A stretch of 64,000 nucleotides of DNA from Candidatus Saccharimonadales bacterium (GCA_041906505.1 JAYRJB010000008.1:8053-72052); one strand, 5' to 3'. Positions 1 to 9,231 are shown, counted from the stretch's first letter. Numbers and translations are program-made. The notes: a model not told the origin generated them from the sequence alone.

Positions 1-1212
1 AAAGATCGCGCACGCAATGAAAAGATTACTGTAGCCGGAGATTTTATTCGAAGCCGTCTTGGCTTTGTAATTTCAGATAAGGACATTGCTCAATTACTTA
101 AAAATGTCGAATTCGATGTCTACCATAAAGAAGGCCCATTAACTGTGACGCCTCCGTTTTGGCGAACGGATATCGAGATCGAGGAGGATGTTGTAGAGGA
201 GGTAGGACGATTATATGGTTTTGATCATTTGCCGCTTGACTTACCACAACGATCAATCTTGCCGGCGCTGATCGACCCTAAGCTCGCCACCAAAGCGACC
301 ACCAGGAAGTTGCTTTCGAGTCTGGGGGCAAACGAAATTTTGACATATACGTTTGTGCATAGCGATTTGCTCCTACGGTCTGGTCAAGATGTTGATTTGG
401 CTTTCAAGCTCAGTAACGCGCTAAGCCCAGAATTGCAGTACTATAGGCTTAGTCTTACTCCTAGCTTGCTGCAGCATGTGCATCCAAATATTAAGGCTGG
501 CCACGAGCGGTTTGCATTATTTGAACTTGGTAAAGTTCATAGCACTTCCGAGATAGATGACGCCGGCATTCCAAGAGAATTTGGTCGGCTAGGACTGGTA
601 TACGCTGATAGTCGCAAGGGGCAAAAGGCGGCTGCCTACTTTCATGCCAAGGAACACCTCTCAAAAATTCTAGAAATACAACACGTTCCGTTTAAAGAGT
701 CACTGTTGGGCGGACACAAATTATTGACCCAGATGACAAAACCGTTTGACACGAAGCGCAGCGCGCTGCTCTGGGACGGGAAAAAGATTGTGGGTATCGT
801 TGGTGAATTTACTTCTTCAGTGCAACGGACTTTTAAGCTGCCGATTCACGCGGCTGGATTCGAAGTTTTCTTGTCGACACTTGCAGGCGGTCCTCAATCG
901 TCGTACCTGCCCCTCTCGAAGTTTCCAAGTGTGAATGCGGACATTACTTATGAGATTCCAAGCTCAATAAACTACGGCGAGCTTGCCGCTGCGTTTGGGG
1001 AGGCACTTGCGCAGGCCCAAAGCTCCGATCAAGAAGTATCTTGGTGGCCTCTCGATATTTTTTCTCGTCAAAAACAGCTGGGAAAAAAGCGTATTACATT
1101 TAGAATCAGAATAACCAGCCGAACACACACCTTAACCGATAAGGCAGTATCAGAAGTGTTGGACGACGCTTCACAAAGAATGTCGAAAATGATTCACGCG
1201 ACAAAAATATGA
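1..1212 (+). CDS. pheT: phenylalanine--tRNA ligase beta subunit, C-terminal part (5' end outside window)
   Basis: Frame 1 is open from base 1. Translation (FWRTDIEIEEDVVEEVGRLYGFDHLP...) matches the PheT B5/catalytic-like/anticodon-binding C-terminal half. Stop TGA 1210-1212. Confidence 0.9.
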   Translation, partial: KDRARNEKITVAGDFIRSRLGFVISDKDIAQLLKNVEFDVYHKEGPLTVTPPFWRTDIEIEEDVVEEVGRLYGFDHLPLDLPQRSILPALIDPKLATKATTRKLLSSLGANEILTYTFVHSDLLLRSGQDVDLAFKLSNALSPELQYYRLSLTPSLLQHVHPNIKAGHERFALFELGKVHSTSEIDDAGIPREFGRLGLVYADSRKGQKAAAYFHAKEHLSKILEIQHVPFKESLLGGHKLLTQMTKPFDTKRSALLWDGKKIVGIVGEFTSSVQRTFKLPIHAAGFEVFLSTLAGGPQSSYLPLSKFPSVNADITYEIPSSINYGELAAAFGEALAQAQSSDQEVSWWPLDIFSRQKQLGKKRITFRIRITSRTHTLTDKAVSEVLDDASQRMSKMIHATKI

Positions 1213-2915
1213 AAAAAGTGCTTCTTTTTTGCAGCATATTGTTCGCGGTGATGGCTATCGGTTCTCCGAAGGCCTCCGCTGACGTCAATAACTTTACCAT
1301 TAGAAGCTTTAACGCGAATTACGTGCTCGATACGAAAGCAGTTGGCGGTTCATTGGATACCACCGAAAAAATTGAAGTGACATACACAAGCTTTAATCAC
1401 GGTATTCTGCGCGCCATACCCAAAACCTATCGAGGCTATGACACAAAGTTAAAAGTTGTAAGTGTTGAACGTGATGGCCAAAAAGAACCTTATCGAGTGG
1501 AGAATCAAGGTGGCAATAAAGTGCTACGCATTGGTGATGCGCAGCGCACCATAACTGGCTCTCATAGCTACACCATACGCTACACCCAAGAGAGGGTCGT
1601 TAACTTTGTAGACGGCAAACAATCATTTTACTGGGATGTGAACGGCACAGAGTGGTCGCAGCCTTTCGAAAGCGTCTCGGCAAGCCTCGTGGCTACCCCA
1701 GCCAAGTTTCTGCCCGCAAGCGCGATTTGTGTGACCGGTGGTCTCGGCAGCCAGTCCCGCAACTGCGTGGTTACTCAAGATGTGTCAAAACTCAACGCCA
1801 CTACTACCAAGGCGCTCCGCCCCAAAGAGAATATGTCTGTAGAAGTGTTCTTTGATGGAACGCCTTTTATTGAGCCGACTTGGAGAAACAAGGTTGCCGA
1901 TAACTACACAAATATTGCGGGTTTGGGTTTCGGGCTGTTGATTGCTCTGGTTCCGATGGTTTTCTGGTGGAGGCGAGGAAGAGACTATAAAGGAAGCGGT
2001 GTCATTATTCCCGAATATAAACCACCAAAAGGCCTTGGCCCTGCCGAGGTTGGAATGCTTGCTGATTACAACATAGACGGCAAGGATGTCTCGGCAACGA
2101 TTATTGACTTGGCGGTGCGGGGTTATATAAAAATTTACGACGACACCAAGAAAGTACTTGTGTTCAAACAAAGACAGTTTAGTTTGGAACTTACAGAGGC
2201 TGATATCGATAAGCTCAAGTCCTATGAAGCAGAGCTTATTCGTGGCTTGTTCGGCGAGGTGGTTTTGGGCAAAAAGATTTCTCTTAACAAAGTGAGCAGA
2301 ACAGGCATGCAAAAAGCCATGCACACCATACAAAAGGATGTAAAAGGTGAACTTACGAAAGACTACGGTCTTATTGACGTGTCGGCCTCATCGCTCCAAG
2401 CAACTTTTGTGGCCTTAGCAATTCTTGCTTGGAGTGGACTAATATTCATTCACCCGAATGTTGGCTATGTGCTTGGAATGATAGTTGCGGGCTTTAGTTT
2501 CTTCGTCTTTGCGGTATTAATGAAGCGTCGGACACATGCGGGCGTAGAGATGTACGAGAAGGTGCTTGGCCTAAAGCTGTATATGAACACCGCTGAGAAA
2601 GATCGTCTTAAGATGCTGCAGAGCACAGATCGTCCTTACGCTGAACCGGCAAAGACGGTTGAGCTTTTTGAGAAGCTCTTGCCGTTCGCGGTGGCGCTTG
2701 GGGTAGAAAAGAGCTGGTCGAAACAGTTCCAGTCCATACTAACTGAGCCGCCGAGTTGGTACTCTGGGAACACCATCGTTGGGTTTAACGCATCACAGCT
2801 TGCGTCGGGCATTGGTTCGGCCACGCAAACGTTCAGTTCGAGCGTAGAGTCGCATTCAAGCAGCTCGGGCGGATCGGGCGGTGGCGGCGGTGGCGGCGGT
2901 GGTGGTGGCTGGTGA
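1209..2915 (+). CDS. DUF2207-family membrane protein with C-terminal poly-glycine tail
   Basis: Signal peptide/TM at N-terminus, central TM followed by RGRDY...IIPEYKPPKGLGPAEVG motif, then two further TMs. Tail is SSSSGGSGGGGGGGGGGGW. Start ATG overlaps the pheT stop (ATGA). Confidence 0.8.
   Translation: MKKVLLFCSILFAVMAIGSPKASADVNNFTIRSFNANYVLDTKAVGGSLDTTEKIEVTYTSFNHGILRAIPKTYRGYDTKLKVVSVERDGQKEPYRVENQGGNKVLRIGDAQRTITGSHSYTIRYTQERVVNFVDGKQSFYWDVNGTEWSQPFESVSASLVATPAKFLPASAICVTGGLGSQSRNCVVTQDVSKLNATTTKALRPKENMSVEVFFDGTPFIEPTWRNKVADNYTNIAGLGFGLLIALVPMVFWWRRGRDYKGSGVIIPEYKPPKGLGPAEVGMLADYNIDGKDVSATIIDLAVRGYIKIYDDTKKVLVFKQRQFSLELTEADIDKLKSYEAELIRGLFGEVVLGKKISLNKVSRTGMQKAMHTIQKDVKGELTKDYGLIDVSASSLQATFVALAILAWSGLIFIHPNVGYVLGMIVAGFSFFVFAVLMKRRTHAGVEMYEKVLGLKLYMNTAEKDRLKMLQSTDRPYAEPAKTVELFEKLLPFAVALGVEKSWSKQFQSILTEPPSWYSGNTIVGFNASQLASGIGSATQTFSSSVESHSSSSGGSGGGGGGGGGGGW
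2877..2909 (+). repeat. (GGY)11 simple coding repeat encoding the poly-Gly tail of the DUF2207 protein
   Basis: 11 consecutive in-frame GGC/GGT codons read directly from the sequence. Confidence 0.9.
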
Positions 2916-2987
2916 ATGGTTTGTATGTGGACGGAACTACCAATCGTACGTTAGAATAAAACGGACATAGACAAAATAGGAGGGTTA

Positions 2988-3539
2988 ATGGGCGTAAAGG
3001 CACACGGTCGTAGGATATTTATCTTGGTTATGGTGGGTGCATTTTTCTTATCGTCAGTCGGTTTTACGGGGCTTGTTATTTATGAAGCGCTTCGAAAAGA
3101 CAACACTAGTGCGAACAATGCAGATATTCAAAAACAGCTAGATGAGTTACAAAAAAATCAAAATAAGGAGGGTAAATTGGAAGGGACAAAATTGAGTGAC
3201 TTTGCTCCAGTCGAGCAAGTGACTGAACTGAAGGTCATCGACATTAAGCCAGGAACAGGCGCAGAAGTAAAGCAAGGCGGCACAGTCACCGCTCACTACA
3301 CTGGAGCGCTCGCAAAGGACGGAATAATCTTTCAGAGCAGCAAAGATACCGGCCAGCCTTTCACCTCTCCGCTTGGCGGCGTGATCCAGGGTTGGCAACA
3401 GGGTATTCCTGGTATGAAAGTCGGAGGTGTGCGCCGAATTATTATTCCCCCGAACCTGGCATATGGGGATAAAGCACAAGGAAATATTCCTGCTAACTCC
3501 GCTCTAGTTTTCGATATTGAGCTAATTGATACGAAGTAA
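2988..3539 (+). CDS. FKBP-type peptidyl-prolyl cis-trans isomerase, N-terminally membrane anchored
   Basis: FKBP core VTAHYTGAL..G..F.SS...GQPF...LGGVIQGWQQGIPGMKVGGVRRIIIPPNLAYG....IP.NS.LVFDIELI. Hydrophobic N-terminal helix. SD AGGAGGG 5 nt before the ATG. Confidence 0.9.
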   Translation: MGVKAHGRRIFILVMVGAFFLSSVGFTGLVIYEALRKDNTSANNADIQKQLDELQKNQNKEGKLEGTKLSDFAPVEQVTELKVIDIKPGTGAEVKQGGTVTAHYTGALAKDGIIFQSSKDTGQPFTSPLGGVIQGWQQGIPGMKVGGVRRIIIPPNLAYGDKAQGNIPANSALVFDIELIDTK

Positions 3540-3542
3540 ATA

Positions 3543-3590
3543 ACACAATATATAGCGTATTGATTTAAAAAAACACGCTATATATACTAA
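3543..3590 (+). promoter_or_regulatory. two NrdR-box-like 16-bp palindromes flanking/overlapping a TTGATT-N17-TATACT promoter
   Basis: Box 1 ACACAATATATAGCGT (3543-3558) matches 15/16 of the consensus acaCwAtATaTwGtgt as I recall it. Box 2 ACGCTATATATACTAA (3575-3590) matches 12/16. Box starts are 32 bp apart. Candidate -35 TTGATT 3560-3565 and -10 TATACT 3583-3588. Confidence 0.5.
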
Positions 3591-3630
3591 AACTACAAAA
3601 GTTAACAATAAATAAAAAAAGGAAAAGAAG

Positions 3631-3879
3631 ATGGCAAAGAATATCACTATCTATACGACTAACACCTGTGCATACTGCGGCATGGTAAAGAAGTGGTTGG
3701 GAGCAAAAGGTGTGGGCTACGAAGAGGTTAATCTCGACGAGTTCCCAGATCGCCAAAAGGAAGCCTACGAAATGAGCGGGCAGCTTTCTGTACCGATCAC
3801 GGTGGTTACCAAAGACGACAATGCAAAGGAAGTGGTGGTTGGATATAATCTAGCCAAACTCGCACCAGCAGTTGCATAG
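3631..3879 (+). CDS. glutaredoxin-like protein (NrdH/YruB-like small redoxin)
   Basis: 82 aa. ITIYTTNTCAYCGMVKKWL carries a CxxC active site, with the downstream SVP motif of the thioredoxin fold. Confidence 0.8.
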   Translation: MAKNITIYTTNTCAYCGMVKKWLGAKGVGYEEVNLDEFPDRQKEAYEMSGQLSVPITVVTKDDNAKEVVVGYNLAKLAPAVA

Positions 3880-4027
3880 GCGGTGCTTGAGTGATCATAG
3901 TATCGCAAATTGGGATGGCCCAGTTGTCTCCTTGTGCGGTAGCTGTGCTGTCAACAATAAGGCAAGATCAACAGTTTTTCCGTTTTTAGGAACAAGCGTC
4001 TCAAAAGATAATTTATGAGGAGAGTGA

Positions 4028-4981
4028 ATGTCGGATAGTACCAAGAAATCCTACGAAGTGGTAATGGTTGGAGCAGGGCCAACGGCGCTGGCGGCTGCCA
4101 TCTATACTACGCGTGAAGATATCGAAACTATCCTGTATGAGAAGGGCGTGATAGGTGGGCTAGCATCAATCACCGACTGGGTAGATAACTATCCGGGCTT
4201 TGCGGAAGGCATCTCTGGTCTTGAGCTTGGAGAAAACTTGCGTAAACAGGCAGAACGCTTTGGTGCGAAGATTGAGCTGGGAGAGGTGTTGAGTATTCAC
4301 AAGGAAAAAGGTGGAGTGCAACTCGAAACTACCGATGGGCCAATTCATGCAAAGGCAGTGCTTATTGCCACAGGCAGTGATTACAAAAAATTAGGTATTC
4401 CGGGCGAAGCAGAGTATTTTGCGCGAGGCGTGCACTACTGCGCAACATGCGATGGTGCGTTTTATCGTGACAAGAAACTTGTGGTGGTTGGAGGTGGTAA
4501 TTCTGCTGTCCAAGAAGCTATTTTTCTCACAAAGTACGCCAGCCACATTGATTTGCTGGTACGGGGACCTAAGATGCGGGCTTCGGATGTGCTTCAAAAA
4601 GAGTTGGCCAAGCACAGCGACAAAATAGCTGTTCATCTTAATACCACAACTGATGAAATTGTAGCAACCGACGGCAAGGTTGTTTGCGTGAAAGGCACAC
4701 GAAATCGCACCGAAGCGGTACGTATTGATACAGATGGAGTATTTATATTTATTGGTCTACTGCCAAATACCGAATTCTTGCGCACAAGTCAGATTGAGCT
4801 TGATGAAGTAGGTCTTGTAAAAACGAATGCACGTCTGGAGACGGCGATACCTGGAGTATTCGCTGCGGGCGACGTGCGGAGCGGTGCTACCATGCAGATT
4901 GCAAGTGCGGTGGGAGAGGGTGCAACCGCAGCCTTGAGAATTCGTGAATACCTTGATGAGCTTGAACGCCAAAAGCAATAA
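4028..4981 (+). CDS. trxB: thioredoxin-disulfide reductase
   Basis: GAGPTALAAAIY FAD motif, redox-active CATCDG, GGGNSAVQEA NADPH motif, C-terminal GDV...Q motif. SD GAGGAG upstream. Confidence 0.95.
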   Translation: MSDSTKKSYEVVMVGAGPTALAAAIYTTREDIETILYEKGVIGGLASITDWVDNYPGFAEGISGLELGENLRKQAERFGAKIELGEVLSIHKEKGGVQLETTDGPIHAKAVLIATGSDYKKLGIPGEAEYFARGVHYCATCDGAFYRDKKLVVVGGGNSAVQEAIFLTKYASHIDLLVRGPKMRASDVLQKELAKHSDKIAVHLNTTTDEIVATDGKVVCVKGTRNRTEAVRIDTDGVFIFIGLLPNTEFLRTSQIELDEVGLVKTNARLETAIPGVFAAGDVRSGATMQIASAVGEGATAALRIREYLDELERQKQ

Positions 4982-5011
4982 TTTAACATATTTATGAGCC
5001 AAAGACGAGTA

Positions 5012-5695
5012 TTAAGGGGTGTTGTACCCTGGAAAATAGTCACCAAGGATTCGGTTTTTTCCCACGCCTCGTGCGTGGAGATCGCCGCACAAAGTTTCGA
5101 CCATAGGCTCTGGTCCGGAAACGTAGTAGTAACAGGCTGGATTGTGGTTCGAAAAAAGCAAGACGTCTTGTGCTCTGAGTGGCCCGCTTTTCGCAGTTTC
5201 CAAAATGATGTAGTTGTCTCCAAGGACTTCAAAAATGTCTCGAAAAGCAGCTTCTTCTTTGTGTCTCACGGCGTGGAGTAGGCGGATGTTACGCTTTTCT
5301 CCTTTGTTATGAAGGTCTTTTATGATGCTGCGAAAAGGCGTACATCCAATGCCGCCCGCAACAAATATTAGAGGGATAGAGGTATCGATTGGTGCGACGA
5401 AATCTCCCATCGGGTTTGCCATCTTGAGTTTTGCTTGCGGCGATAGATGGAACAGGGCTTGTTTGTAGTCGCTGGCGGCCGAAGGGCTAATTCGGGTGGT
5501 AATTGCAAGTTGCTCCTCGGAGGGTGCGCTTGAAAGGGTGAACCAGCGCTTCAGAGTGTGATTATGTGTGTGGCTCGTTAAAAATAACTCAATGAATTGA
5601 CCCGCCACGAAGGGAACTGGCTCTTCGGTAGCAAAATAAAACGAGAAGGTGTCGTGCGCAACTTTTTGTCTTGACAAAAACTTCACTGAAATCAT
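5012..5695 (-). CDS. FNR-like FAD/NAD(P)-binding oxidoreductase
   Basis: RWFTLSS (RxYS-type FAD motif), GGIGCTPFRS (NAD(P) motif) and YVSGPEPMV near the C-terminus. 4-bp overlap with the upstream GDPD gene. Confidence 0.75.
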   Translation of the reverse strand: MISVKFLSRQKVAHDTFSFYFATEEPVPFVAGQFIELFLTSHTHNHTLKRWFTLSSAPSEEQLAITTRISPSAASDYKQALFHLSPQAKLKMANPMGDFVAPIDTSIPLIFVAGGIGCTPFRSIIKDLHNKGEKRNIRLLHAVRHKEEAAFRDIFEVLGDNYIILETAKSGPLRAQDVLLFSNHNPACYYYVSGPEPMVETLCGDLHARGVGKNRILGDYFPGYNTP

Positions 5696-6393
5696 TTTTT
5701 TCGAGCTCTAGCCCTAGTGCGCCTAAACGTTTTATTAAGAAGATCTGGTTTGTTGGTAATAATTCCCGCTTTTGGGAAAAAGAAGTGCAGAAAGCGGGCA
5801 AACCATGGATGGTCAACCGTATATACGAGCAGCTTTTGATTGCTGCGGCGAGCGTAATGGTAGCTCAGCGGATGGAGTACCCAAAAATTGAGCGATACCC
5901 CAGATAATCCCATTGTTTTTGCCGAGTGAATTGCGTCAAAAGGTTTCGTGAGCTCAGATACATAGGTTTCGATATGGGGCATAAGCTGGCTAAAAAGCAC
6001 TAGTTCGCGGCGATCGATGGCGGTAACCGCGGGGGTCGGACCGTGAAAACCTTTGAGTTTCTCTGCCAGAAGAGTTGCCCAACCCTTACCCTTGCAATCA
6101 AACAGTATCGGCGTGTTGCCGCATGTTTTTATTGCTTGGTCAATGGTGGGAATTGGTTCGCCACTTACGGTTGGTATACTGATCAGTTCGTTTTGGGTGA
6201 GCTCGCACACCTTACTAGGATTGTTGGCGACTCTAAGCAGATCACTGTCGTGAACAACCACAAATTTCTTGTCTTTGGTGACCCGTAAATCAAACTCAAC
6301 CATATCGACACTTTCAGCTAGGGCAGCTTTTAAGCTTGCAATGGTATTTTCGGGCTGTATGCCAGCGGCGCCCCGATGACCTATGAGTAACAT
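5692..6393 (-). CDS. glycerophosphodiester phosphodiesterase (GDPD family)
   Basis: N-terminal IGHRGA...PENT....A......D.VEFDLR.TKD...VV.HD motif typical of GDPD/UgpQ. Confidence 0.85.
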   Translation of the reverse strand: MLLIGHRGAAGIQPENTIASLKAALAESVDMVEFDLRVTKDKKFVVVHDSDLLRVANNPSKVCELTQNELISIPTVSGEPIPTIDQAIKTCGNTPILFDCKGKGWATLLAEKLKGFHGPTPAVTAIDRRELVLFSQLMPHIETYVSELTKPFDAIHSAKTMGLSGVSLNFWVLHPLSYHYARRSNQKLLVYTVDHPWFARFLHFFFPKAGIITNKPDLLNKTFRRTRARARKK

Positions 6394-6445
6394 TTGTTAT
6401 AGTATAGAGTATCTAAAAGCAAATTGAATAAAAGAGGTGCTTCGT

Positions 6446-6973
6446 ATGCCAGACTTTAACAAAATTCTTGATGCCGGTGATGTTGCAGGAGGGATTATTA
6501 ATACCGTAGTTGAAATACCTAAATGGTCGACGCTCAAGATTGAGTGGAACCGCGACCTCGCCTGTTTTGAGCTTGATAGGGTTGAACCCAGTATCTTTGC
6601 TAAGCCGACAAACTATGGGTTTATTCCCCGTACTCTTGATGAGGATGGGGACGAGTTGGACACATTAATCTTGACCAACGACCCAATACCCACAGGAGTA
6701 TATCTAAAGGCCAAGGTTGTGGGCATCCTAAATTTTGAGGATGATGGTGAAGCTGATCATAAGATTGTATGCGTGCCAGCGGATGACCGAAATACTGGCG
6801 ACGCAATCGTAGCGCTTGGTGATCTGCACGCACAGTGGAAGCAAAAAATAGAACATCACTTCAACCACTACAAAGACCTAAAAAAACCAGGGTCAACCAA
6901 AGTGTTGGGATGGGGTGATGCGAGCGAGGCCCGTAAAGTTATTCAAGAGTGTGTTGCGCGGTTTGGTTCGTAA
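6446..6973 (+). CDS. ppa: inorganic pyrophosphatase (family I)
   Basis: VVEIPK......E.......LDR......YGFIP.T...DGD.LD....DHKI..VP motifs. ATG 6446 lies 9 nt after SD AAGAGGTG. The ORF is also open from GTG 6437. Confidence 0.9.
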   Translation: MPDFNKILDAGDVAGGIINTVVEIPKWSTLKIEWNRDLACFELDRVEPSIFAKPTNYGFIPRTLDEDGDELDTLILTNDPIPTGVYLKAKVVGILNFEDDGEADHKIVCVPADDRNTGDAIVALGDLHAQWKQKIEHHFNHYKDLKKPGSTKVLGWGDASEARKVIQECVARFGS

Positions 6974-7044
6974 TACACGAAGTTTATAGCGAGGGCCTGC
7001 AAAGATTCGCCTTTGCTTGGAGTGGGTCAAAGACAATCATTCAC

Positions 7045-7074
7045 TTGCGTAAGCTGACAGTGTAAGGCTAAAAT
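7045..7074 (+). promoter_or_regulatory. candidate sigma70-type promoter of the gap operon (TTGCGT-N18-TAAAAT)
   Basis: Hexamers read at 7045-7050 and 7069-7074, 30 nt upstream of the gap ATG, which has SD AAGAGGTGG. Confidence 0.4.
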
Positions 7075-7104
7075 AACCATTAGCTAAACTAAAGAGGTGG
7101 AAAA

Positions 7105-8121
7105 ATGAAGACAAAGGTGGCTATTAACGGTTTTGGAAGAATTGGAAGAAATGCCTTCAAAATTGCATTTGATCGAACGGATCTAGAGATAGTCGCAATC
7201 AATGATCTTACTGCGACATCAACTTTGGGCTACCTTCTTAAGCATGACAGCAGCTATGGTGCTTATGATCACGAAGTGTCTTCTGATGAATCTCATATTA
7301 TTGTCGATGGACACAAGATTCCAGTAAGTGCCGAGAAGGATCCAACAAAACTTCCTTGGGGTAAATATGGCGTTGATGTGGTGATTGAGTCGACAGGACG
7401 CTTTACGAAAAAGGAAGATGCCAGCCAACATCTTGCAGCAGGTGCCAAGAAAGTAGTTATTTCTGCGCCTACGAAAAGCGCTGATGTCGATACGCTGGTG
7501 ATTGGTGCAAATGAAGATGCGCTTGAACGCGCTGGTGATATTGTGAGCAATGCGAGCTGTACGACGAACTCAGTCGCAGCAATTATGTCCATTATGAGTG
7601 AGGCTTTTGGGATTGAAAACGCAATGCTTACCACTGTTCATAGCTATACTGCAACCCAAGCATTGCAAGATGCGCCCGCAAAGGATTTACGAGAATCTCG
7701 AGCTGCAGCCGAAAATATTGTGCCGACTACGACCGGCGCTGCAATCGCAGTGACGCTCGCGGTGCCAGAGCTAAAAGGGAAATTTGATGGACTCAGTATA
7801 CGCGTTCCGAGTCCTGTTGTGAGCATTAGTGATGTAACAATGGTGCTGAAAAAAGATGCAACGATCCAAGAGATTAACTCGGTGTTTAAAAAAGCCGTGA
7901 AAGAACCGTACTACCAAGGAATACTTGATGTCAGCGAAGAACCTTTGGTGAGTAAAGACTATGTCGGTAATAGCCACAGTGGTGTTGTGGACCTGCTGCT
8001 GACAAACGTAGTGGGCGGTAACCTCGCAAAGGTTGTCGTCTGGTATGACAACGAATGGGGATACAGTAATCGTTTAGTCGAATTGGTTGCCGATGTGGGC
8101 AAGACAATCAAGAAGGAATAG
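7105..8121 (+). CDS. gap: type I glyceraldehyde-3-phosphate dehydrogenase
   Basis: INGFGRIGRN NAD motif, catalytic SNASCTTN, WYDNEWGYS near the C-terminus. Confidence 0.95.
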   Translation: MKTKVAINGFGRIGRNAFKIAFDRTDLEIVAINDLTATSTLGYLLKHDSSYGAYDHEVSSDESHIIVDGHKIPVSAEKDPTKLPWGKYGVDVVIESTGRFTKKEDASQHLAAGAKKVVISAPTKSADVDTLVIGANEDALERAGDIVSNASCTTNSVAAIMSIMSEAFGIENAMLTTVHSYTATQALQDAPAKDLRESRAAAENIVPTTTGAAIAVTLAVPELKGKFDGLSIRVPSPVVSISDVTMVLKKDATIQEINSVFKKAVKEPYYQGILDVSEEPLVSKDYVGNSHSGVVDLLLTNVVGGNLAKVVVWYDNEWGYSNRLVELVADVGKTIKKE

Positions 8122-8132
8122 TAATTTAGATC

Positions 8133-8573
8133 ATGATTATCTATATTGGCGCAGACCATAATGGATTTGCCCTAAAGTACAAACTAGTTGAGTACCTCAC
8201 TCGCGCCGGTTACAAAGTTGTTGATGAGGGCGATGATCATCTCGATCCCGAAGATGATTTTCCGCTATTTGCGGCAAAAGTGGTGAATGCGATTCGCAGC
8301 TCAGATGACCCAGATCCCCGGGGCATATTGTTGTGTGGTAGTGGCCAGGGCATGTGTATGGCGGCGAATAGACATAAAGGTATACGCGCTGGTTTGTGCT
8401 GGGATCGTCAGTCCGCAAAAGAAGTCCGAAATGACGACAACAGCAATGTGCTTTGCTTGCCGGCCAGAATTATCGAAGAGAAAGAAGCAGATGTAATTGT
8501 GGAAACGTGGCTCAATACGCCATTCGCCAATGCTGCTAGGTTTGTTCGGCGCTTAAACGAACTTGATCAATAG
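8133..8573 (+). CDS. rpiB: ribose-5-phosphate isomerase B
   Basis: IYIGADHNGF.LK, CGSGQGM.MAANR and N.LCLPAR motifs of RpiB/LacAB. Confidence 0.9.
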   Translation: MIIYIGADHNGFALKYKLVEYLTRAGYKVVDEGDDHLDPEDDFPLFAAKVVNAIRSSDDPDPRGILLCGSGQGMCMAANRHKGIRAGLCWDRQSAKEVRNDDNSNVLCLPARIIEEKEADVIVETWLNTPFANAARFVRRLNELDQ

Positions 8574-8580
8574 AGGCGAC

Positions 8581-9210
8581 ATGAGCATAGTTTGCCCTAC
8601 GGTGCTTGCGCACACTGTCGAAGAATACAACTCTCAGATCAAAAAGATAACGCCATTTGCCACCCGAATACAGGTTGATCTCACTGACGGAATATTTACT
8701 ACCCCAAAAACAATCGCACCCAAAGACGTCTGGTGGCCACCGTCGCTCGTTGTTGATCTGCACCTTATGTACCAGAATCCTTTCGAAGTTATCGAACAAG
8801 TCATCCTTATAAAGCCACAAATGGCAATTATTCATGTTGAAGCAATGGTCCATCATATGCACTTTGCCGCAGAGTTGCACAAAGAGGGGATTAAGGCAGG
8901 GCTGGCGGTTCTACCAGAGACACCAATAAAAAACATTGAGCAGATACTCCACAGTTTTGATCATTTACTTATCTTTGGGGGACATTTAGGCCATTTCGGC
9001 GGCGAGGCTGATATGCAGCAACTGCCAAAGGCCGCCGAGGCCAAAGCTCATCACAAAGATTTAGAGATTGGATGGGACGGAGGGATTAATGATCAGAACG
9101 CAAAACCCCTTATCGATGGCGGCATTGATGTTCTAAATGTTGGCGGCTACATCCAGAAAGCCGAAAAACCAGAGTTCGCCTTTGAGCGCATACGGCAACA
9201 AATTAGATAA
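8581..9210 (+). CDS. rpe: ribulose-phosphate 3-epimerase-like protein (divergent)
   Basis: Blocks collinear with Rpe: CPTVLA / QVDLTDG / DLHLM / IHVEA / KAGLAV.PETP / GHFGGE / WDGGI / NVGGYI. ATG 8581 is preceded by SD AGAGG. The ORF is also open from TTG 8563. Confidence 0.7.
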   Translation: MSIVCPTVLAHTVEEYNSQIKKITPFATRIQVDLTDGIFTTPKTIAPKDVWWPPSLVVDLHLMYQNPFEVIEQVILIKPQMAIIHVEAMVHHMHFAAELHKEGIKAGLAVLPETPIKNIEQILHSFDHLLIFGGHLGHFGGEADMQQLPKAAEAKAHHKDLEIGWDGGINDQNAKPLIDGGIDVLNVGGYIQKAEKPEFAFERIRQQIR

Positions 9211-9222
9211 TTTATCTCGAGT

Positions 9223-9231
9223 TGCTATAAT
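9223..9231 (+). promoter_or_regulatory. extended -10 element TGcTATAAT, 10 nt upstream of the transketolase-N ATG
   Basis: Read directly. No SD between it and ATG 9242. Confidence 0.45.

Noticed and set aside
1210-1212. Possible alternative genetic code (UGA recoding, as in some candidate phyla).
   Set aside because: TGA terminates many well-conserved genes at the expected length (pheT, gatC, gatA, gatB, tkt-N, rnhB and others). No conserved gene needs read-through of an in-frame TGA.
2877-2909. The GGY codon run considered as a slippage-prone microsatellite or phase-variation tract.
   Set aside because: It is in frame and made of mixed GGC/GGT codons rather than a homopolymer. It encodes the poly-Gly tail ending in W seen on DUF2207-type proteins. 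There is no evidence of frameshifting.
3917-3991. 24-codon ORF (MAQLSPCAVAVLSTIRQDQQFFRF) in the 148-nt spacer between the NrdH-like gene and trxB.
   Set aside because: No SD or -10 at leaderless distance, and nothing supports conservation. Most likely non-coding. The spacer may simply hold the trxB promoter.
6999-7016. Hairpin GCAAAG-ATTCGC-CTTTGC after ppa, considered as a terminator.
   Set aside because: The stem is only 6 bp and AT-rich and is followed by just two T residues. That is too weak to call.
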